Assembly: GCA_963667465.2 (NCBI GenBank)
Contig: CAXXDN010000001.1
Span: 896,001-960,000, forward strand
From: Dehalococcoidia bacterium
GTDB lineage: Bacteria; Chloroflexota; Dehalococcoidia; UBA2979
Reading direction: 5' to 3'
DNA: 64,000 nucleotides
The notes under the pieces are model-generated. The model saw only the letters and a program-made list of their open reading frames with translations. It was not told the DNA's origin and did not search any database. The position numbers were made by a program, and so were the translations under genes. Shown one piece after another: positions 58,642 through 64,000 of the stretch; positions within the stretch are counted from its first letter, which is position 1, and each line of letters begins with the position of its first letter.

Positions 58642-60939
58642 ATGACGACAACCGAACGACCCCCGGTGAGCAGCGGCTATGCCGTCGTCGGCACGCGGCC
58701 GGTGCGCCACGACGGCTCGGAGAAGGTCACCGGCGAGGCCCGCTACGGAGCCGACATCCGGCTGCCCGGCATGCTCCACGGGAGAATCCTGAGGAGCCCG
58801 CACGCCCACGCGCGCATCAGGTCCATCGACACGAGCCGGGCGGAGGCGCTCCCCGGCGTGTTCGCCGTGATGACCTCGGCAGACGTCCCGATCATCGGCG
58901 ATCAGGCTCTCGACCTGGCGCTCGTTCGCGGAAACATGCGGTTGATGGCCGAGCACGTCATGGCCCACAGGACGGCCCTGTACAAGGGCCACGCGGTAGC
59001 GGCGGTTGCTGCGAATAGTCCCCACGTCGCCGAGGACGCCCTGGCGCTGATCGAGGTGGACTACGAGGTGCTCCCGGCGGTCCTTTCGCTGGCCGAGGCC
59101 ACGGCCGCCGGCGCGCCGATCATCCACGAGGACCTGACGACCTTCTTCAGGCTCGCGCGCTTCGCCCGGGGGGACGACACCGGGGTGCGCGGCAATGTCG
59201 CCTCCCACATCCAGCACAAGCTCGGCGATGTCGAGGAGGGCTTCCGGCAGGCCGATGTGGTCGTGGAGCGGGAGTTCTTCACGGAGACCGTCCACCAGGG
59301 CTACATCGAGCCGCACGCGGCCACGGCCACCTGGGCGCGTGACGGCCGCCTCACCGTCTATACCTGCACGCAGGGGGCCTTCCCGATCCGCGCGGCCACG
59401 GCCGCGATGTTGGACCTGCCCGAGTCGATGGTGAAGGTCGTGCCGACCGAGATCGGCGGTGGGTTCGGGGCCAAGCTCGTGGCGTACGTGGAGCCCGTCG
59501 CCGCGATCCTCTCCCGCAAGAGCGGCCGGCCCGTGCAGGTGGTGATGACCCGCAAGGACGTGTTCGAGGGCACCGGACCTGCCTCGGCGACCCAGGCGCG
59601 CACGAAGATCGGCGCGACCCGGGATGGCAGGATCACCGCCGCCCAGGTCACGCTGACCTTCGAGGCCGGCGCCTTCCCCGGCTCGGCCGTCGGCGGGGGC
59701 ACGCTCTGCGCCACCGGTCCCTACAACATCGAGAATCTCCTTGTCGACGGCTACGACGTGGTGGTCAACAAGAACAAGACGCAGGCCTACCGCGCGCCGG
59801 GACAGCCGCAGGGCGCCTTCGCCGTCGAACCCGTCATCGATGAGCTCGCGGAGCTGCTGGGCATCGACCCCCTCGAGTTCCGGCTCCTGAACGCCGCCAG
59901 ACAAGGCGACCGCATGCCCAACGGTGTTATGCACCTCCGCCTGGGCATCGAGGAGCTGGAAGCGGCGATGAAGGCCCACGACCACTACAACGCGCCGCTC
60001 GGCGGCCCCAACCGCGGGCGAGGCGTGGCCGTCGGCTTCCGCTGGCAGGGAGGTCAGAGCTCAGCGGCGACGATCCACGTGAACAGCGATGGCACGATCA
60101 ACCTCGTCACCGGCTCGGTGGACATCGGAGGCTCACGCACCGCCGTGGCGATGCAGGCCGCCGAGGTGCTGGGCCTGAGCGCCGAGGATGTGACGCCCAC
60201 GGTGGTCGACACCGACACGATCGCGCTCACCGGCGCCACCAGCGGCAGCCACACGGCCTTCGACACGGGCCTCGCGGCGATCGAGGCGGCGCAGGAAGTG
60301 ATCCGGCAACTGGGCACGCGGGCGGCGGCGATCTGGGAGGTCGACGAGCGAGACGTGACCTTCGAGGACGGCACGTTCAGCTGCGCCGGGAATCCGGCGC
60401 TGAAGTTGACGTTCAGGGAGCTGGCGGCCGAGTTGCCGGGCAGCGGCGGCCCGGTGACCTGCTCGGTCTCGGTCCCGACCACGGGCGTCGGCCCCGTCAT
60501 CGCGGGCAACATCGTGGACGTCGAGGTCGACCCTGCGACCGGCAAGGTGCAGATCCTGCGCTACAGCGCGTTCATGGACGTGGGCACGGCGGTGCATCCC
60601 AGCTACGTCGAGGGCCAGATCCAGGGCGGCACCGTGCAGGGTATCGGCTGGGCGCTGAACGAGGAGTATTGCTACGACGCCGAGGGGGCGATGCTGAACA
60701 GCAGCTTCCTCGACTACCGGATGCCGACCACGCTGGACATCCCGATGATCGATGCGGTCATGATCGAGGTGCCCAACCCCCAGCACCCGTTCGGCCTGCG
60801 CGGCGTCGGCGAAGCCTCGATCATCCCGCCGCTCGCCGCCGTCGCGAACGCGGTATCGAACGCCATCGGCGTGCGCATCAACCGGCTGCCGATCACCCCC
60901 GGCGCGGTCCTCGACGCGATTGAGTCGAAGGACGGCTAG
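58642..60939 (+). CDS. Xanthine dehydrogenase-family molybdopterin-binding large subunit
   Basis: DG.EKVTG.ARY, RSPHAHARI, HQGYIEP, IGGGFGAK, AYRAPG, EGQIQGG..QGIG, GVGE. Confidence 0.93.
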   Translation: MTTTERPPVSSGYAVVGTRPVRHDGSEKVTGEARYGADIRLPGMLHGRILRSPHAHARIRSIDTSRAEALPGVFAVMTSADVPIIGDQALDLALVRGNMRLMAEHVMAHRTALYKGHAVAAVAANSPHVAEDALALIEVDYEVLPAVLSLAEATAAGAPIIHEDLTTFFRLARFARGDDTGVRGNVASHIQHKLGDVEEGFRQADVVVEREFFTETVHQGYIEPHAATATWARDGRLTVYTCTQGAFPIRAATAAMLDLPESMVKVVPTEIGGGFGAKLVAYVEPVAAILSRKSGRPVQVVMTRKDVFEGTGPASATQARTKIGATRDGRITAAQVTLTFEAGAFPGSAVGGGTLCATGPYNIENLLVDGYDVVVNKNKTQAYRAPGQPQGAFAVEPVIDELAELLGIDPLEFRLLNAARQGDRMPNGVMHLRLGIEELEAAMKAHDHYNAPLGGPNRGRGVAVGFRWQGGQSSAATIHVNSDGTINLVTGSVDIGGSRTAVAMQAAEVLGLSAEDVTPTVVDTDTIALTGATSGSHTAFDTGLAAIEAAQEVIRQLGTRAAAIWEVDERDVTFEDGTFSCAGNPALKLTFRELAAELPGSGGPVTCSVSVPTTGVGPVIAGNIVDVEVDPATGKVQILRYSAFMDVGTAVHPSYVEGQIQGGTVQGIGWALNEEYCYDAEGAMLNSSFLDYRMPTTLDIPMIDAVMIEVPNPQHPFGLRGVGEASIIPPLAAVANAVSNAIGVRINRLPITPGAVLDAIESKDG

Positions 60940-60995
60940 CGCCGGACGCTCCCGCGCCCGGGGCGGTGCTGGCGACCCCCAGTCGGCACGTTCTT

Positions 60996-61068
60996 CCCCA
61001 GGAGAGGGGGCCGGACGGGAGCGAGCGCCCTCTCCCCCGTCCGCTCCCCAGGAGAGGCGGCCGGAGGG
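60996..61068. repeat. Two REP-like CCCAGGAGAGG(G/C)GGCCGGA units between convergent genes
   Basis: Unit seen twice with CCCTCTCCCC between; same family as the IS110 target. Confidence 0.6.
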
Positions 61069-64000
61069 CTACTCGGTGGCGAGGACGCGGTAGAGGGAGG
61101 TGAGGCGGCGGGGGAGGGACTCGATGTCGGCGACGACCTCGTAGCCGACGTCGTCGCACATCTCCTTCAGGTAGTCGTGGCCCTCCTTGTCGACGGTGAT
61201 CAGGAAGGGCGTGATGCCCAGCTGCTTCGCCTCGACCAGCGACTGGTGCGTGTCGTGCACCGCGTACTCCTTCTCCGTGCGGTCGCGCCCGTACCCATGG
61301 TCCTGCGGGCGGCCGTCGGAGACGAGGATCAGGAGCTTCACCTTCGCGTCGTAGGCGTCGAGCTTGCTGATCGTGTGGCGGATCGCCGGGCCCATGCGCG
61401 TCGACCGGATCGGCTGGATCTTGTCGATGCGCCGCCGCGTGCGGTCGCCGAAGGTGTCCTGCAGGTCCTTGATGACGTGGAACTCGACGTTGTCGCGGCC
61501 GTAGCCGGAGAAGCCGTAGATGCCGTACGCGTCGCCGATCGCCTCGAGCGCCTCGACGATCAGCACCAGCGACTCGCGCTCGAGGTCGATGATGCGCTTC
61601 GGCGGCTCGGCGGTGAAGCGCGCGCGGCGCTCGGCGAGCCACTGGAAGTACTTGCGCGGGTCGTCGTCGAAGTCGTCGTCGCTAGGCTGGTAGCTGGTCT
61701 GCGGCTTGTCGATCTCCTCGTCGGTCGAGGCCGACATATCGAGCAGGAAGGCGACCGCGACATCGCGCTCGACCTTGTTGCGCCGCCAGTAGACGCGCCC
61801 GAGGGGTCCGACACCGGCGCGCTTATCGATGATGAAGGAGATCGCCTCGTCGAGGTCGACGTCCTCGCCGTCCTCGAGGCGCTTGATGCGGCGGAAGTGC
61901 TCCGGACGCAGCAGCTCGAACTGGCGCCGCGTCTCCGTGACGAGGCCGTGGTGGCGGCGCAGCGTCTCCTCGTAGTAGTCGAGCTCGCCCTCCTCGCCAC
62001 GGCGCTCGCCGACGCGGCACCAGCGAGGGCGGTAGTCGCCGGCGCGGAAGTCCCACTCGTCGTAGTAGGTCCACGAGATCTCGATCGGCAGCTCCTCCAT
62101 CACCTCGCCTTCGCCGGAGGAGTCGCCCGCGTCGGCGCCGTCCGGCACCTGGCCGGGCGGGCCCTGCCTGGCGTCCAGCGCCTCGCGCTCGAGGTTGGTG
62201 AGGAACATGCCCATCGAGGACGCGAGATCGCCCTCGGCGATGTCGGAGATCGTGATCTCGACGGACTTCTCGAGCAGCGCCTGCAGCTGCTCCTGGGTGA
62301 GCGGCGCGCCTGCCGGGTCGGCGCCGTCGCGCTGCTCCTGGAGGCGCATCATCAGCTGCACCAGCTCCGGCTTGAAGTCGCCGCGGAACTCGGGCTGCGG
62401 CGGCGTCTCGAAGTCGATCTCATCGCCGGATGGCATCTCCGCGCCGGGCCCGCCTGAGACGTCCGGGTTGACCTCGATCAGCTCGTCGCCGAGGGCTTCC
62501 CAGTCCACGGCTTCGTACGTGCCCTGGACGTTGGGGATGCGCTCGGCGATCGCGTAGATCGCCGCCGCCGCCTCGGCCGAGTCCTGCACGGTCGCGACGC
62601 GCTCGCCGACGGCCTCGAGGTGGCCGAGGCCCTCGCGCAGCAGCGGCATCAAGTCGGCGGGGTAGCGGATCGTTTGCGGCTGGCCAAGCGAGGCGCGCAG
62701 CAGGTTCTCGAGGTAGGCGGCGCGCAGGCCCAGCTCGGCCGGGCTGCGCCGGCTTTCCGCCTCGTGGGCCTGCATGCGCTGCAGGGCGGGGCGGATGCCG
62801 CCGTACTCGCGGGCGATGCAGGCGTCGACGCGCGCGTCCTCGACGATGGTGAACAGGCCGGAGATCAGGGTGCGGTCCGCGAACAGGTCGAAGTAGCGCT
62901 CCATCGGCGTGGTCGGGGCGGTCTCCGTCGCGCCGTTCCCGCCGTCCAGGTTGCCGTCGCCAGTGCCGTCGCCGGCGCCGTTGACGTGCGCGGCCTCGCG
63001 CTCGTCCATGGTCGACGCGAGGTAGGCGCCGGGTGCGCCGAAGATGAAGCGGAACGAGCCGAACTCGATGCGGCCGGTCTGGTGCGTGGTGAAGACCTTG
63101 TAGCTCGCGAAGTTCTCCGGCTGCTCCGGGAAGGTGCCGACGTAGGGCGGCAGGTAGATTGCGTTGCCCTCGGTGGTCGCGACCGACTCCTGGACCCAGC
63201 CGATGCCGGCGTCGACCAGCTCCTCGGTGGAGCGGATGGCGATCTGCTCGCCGGTCAGAGCCTTCGAGTAGAGGCGAAGCGTGTTGCTCACGTCGCGCAG
63301 CTCGACCCGGGCGGAGAGGTTGCCGAGCATCTCCTCGGCGCGCGCCGACTCGAGGCGGAAGTAGGCCTCGGCGCCCTCGACGTTGCCCTGCTCAAAGAGC
63401 AGTTCCCAGCCGGTCTGCAACCAGCGTTCGAGCTGGTCGCCGGTGAGCCGGGTGAGCACGTGCGGCGAGGAGCGCAGGAACGCCATCGCGGCGGCGGGGC
63501 TGCCCGTCGCGAGCCGCGAGGACAGCTCGAGCAGTGTGCCGTGGTAGGTGGGCTGCACCTCGGCGAGCGCCTCGGCGGCCTCGACGAAGAGCGGGTAGCC
63601 CTGGCGTCCGGTCTCGCCGGCCACATCGGCGGCGAGCCGGAGGAAGGCGCCGCGCTCGTCCTGCGCGATCGGAGCCAGCAGCCCGGGGCCGCGCTCGAAG
63701 TAGAGCCGCGTGTCCGCCCACGAGGCCTTCGCCACGGCGCCGGCGAACTCCAGGAAGGGCCGCCGGTCCGGCGGCGCCAGCCCGGCGAACAGCTCGCCCG
63801 AGCGCTCCAGGCAGGAGGCCGCGAGCTGGTACGAGCGCTCCGAGAGGCGATCGACGATCTCGACCAGGTCGCGGACGGCGTCGAGGGGCAGGGAGTGCAG
63901 CAGGGCCGGGCTCTGCTCGAAGAAGGAGGCGGCGAGCGCGACCGACTTCCAGTTGCCTCGGGCGAGGCGCCGTCCGAGGGCGGACCAGGGCCGGATCTGC
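61069..64000 (-). CDS. NorD/CbbO-like vWA domain protein, 5' truncated by window edge
   Basis: Frame open to window end; YDEWD, DGEDVDLD, LLDMSAST (MIDAS), STRMGPAIRH, VSDGRPQD. Confidence 0.88.
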   Translation of the reverse strand, partial: QIRPWSALGRRLARGNWKSVALAASFFEQSPALLHSLPLDAVRDLVEIVDRLSERSYQLAASCLERSGELFAGLAPPDRRPFLEFAGAVAKASWADTRLYFERGPGLLAPIAQDERGAFLRLAADVAGETGRQGYPLFVEAAEALAEVQPTYHGTLLELSSRLATGSPAAAMAFLRSSPHVLTRLTGDQLERWLQTGWELLFEQGNVEGAEAYFRLESARAEEMLGNLSARVELRDVSNTLRLYSKALTGEQIAIRSTEELVDAGIGWVQESVATTEGNAIYLPPYVGTFPEQPENFASYKVFTTHQTGRIEFGSFRFIFGAPGAYLASTMDEREAAHVNGAGDGTGDGNLDGGNGATETAPTTPMERYFDLFADRTLISGLFTIVEDARVDACIAREYGGIRPALQRMQAHEAESRRSPAELGLRAAYLENLLRASLGQPQTIRYPADLMPLLREGLGHLEAVGERVATVQDSAEAAAAIYAIAERIPNVQGTYEAVDWEALGDELIEVNPDVSGGPGAEMPSGDEIDFETPPQPEFRGDFKPELVQLMMRLQEQRDGADPAGAPLTQEQLQALLEKSVEITISDIAEGDLASSMGMFLTNLEREALDARQGPPGQVPDGADAGDSSGEGEVMEELPIEISWTYYDEWDFRAGDYRPRWCRVGERRGEEGELDYYEETLRRHHGLVTETRRQFELLRPEHFRRIKRLEDGEDVDLDEAISFIIDKRAGVGPLGRVYWRRNKVERDVAVAFLLDMSASTDEEIDKPQTSYQPSDDDFDDDPRKYFQWLAERRARFTAEPPKRIIDLERESLVLIVEALEAIGDAYGIYGFSGYGRDNVEFHVIKDLQDTFGDRTRRRIDKIQPIRSTRMGPAIRHTISKLDAYDAKVKLLILVSDGRPQDHGYGRDRTEKEYAVHDTHQSLVEAKQLGITPFLITVDKEGHDYLKEMCDDVGYEVVADIESLPRRLTSLYRVLATE

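Noticed and set aside
102-63721. Many long antisense or alternate-frame ORFs (e.g. 14627-16510, 26996-29269, 39475-41478)
   Set aside because: Arg/Ala/Gly-rich shadow ORFs typical of high-GC DNA, overlapping well-supported genes

Overview
This is a high-GC bacterial chromosomal window. By inference from gene content it comes from a Chloroflexota/Dehalococcoidia (SAR202-like) heterotroph: it carries many paralogous CoA-transferases, enolase-superfamily dehydratases, LLM oxidoreductases and a Tat-lipoprotein family-5 solute-binding protein. Most of the window is catabolic: a CoA-transferase cluster next to a ferritin-like diiron protein pair, a sugar-acid/racemase/ABC cluster, thiolase/MaoC genes, tandem carboxyltransferases and beta-oxidation-like genes. 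It also holds tRNA-Gly(CCC), an nfeD-flotillin operon, cinA, a molybdoenzyme large subunit and a truncated NorD-like vWA gene. The most striking structure is a complete IS110 element (57002-58491) inserted at a CT core inside a REP-like hairpin repeat. Its left non-coding end reads directly as a bridge RNA, with four guide segments matching the element's own donor junction and the flanking target. Bridge-RNA recombinases are an established class; what may be new is this orthologue and its target. Other notable items are an active/degenerate diiron protein pair resembling an alpha/beta oxygenase, a GIY-YIG gene flanked by a duplicated gene start, and a lipoprotein gene broken by a single in-frame TAG. 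All calls come from reading motifs by eye; no database searches were run.
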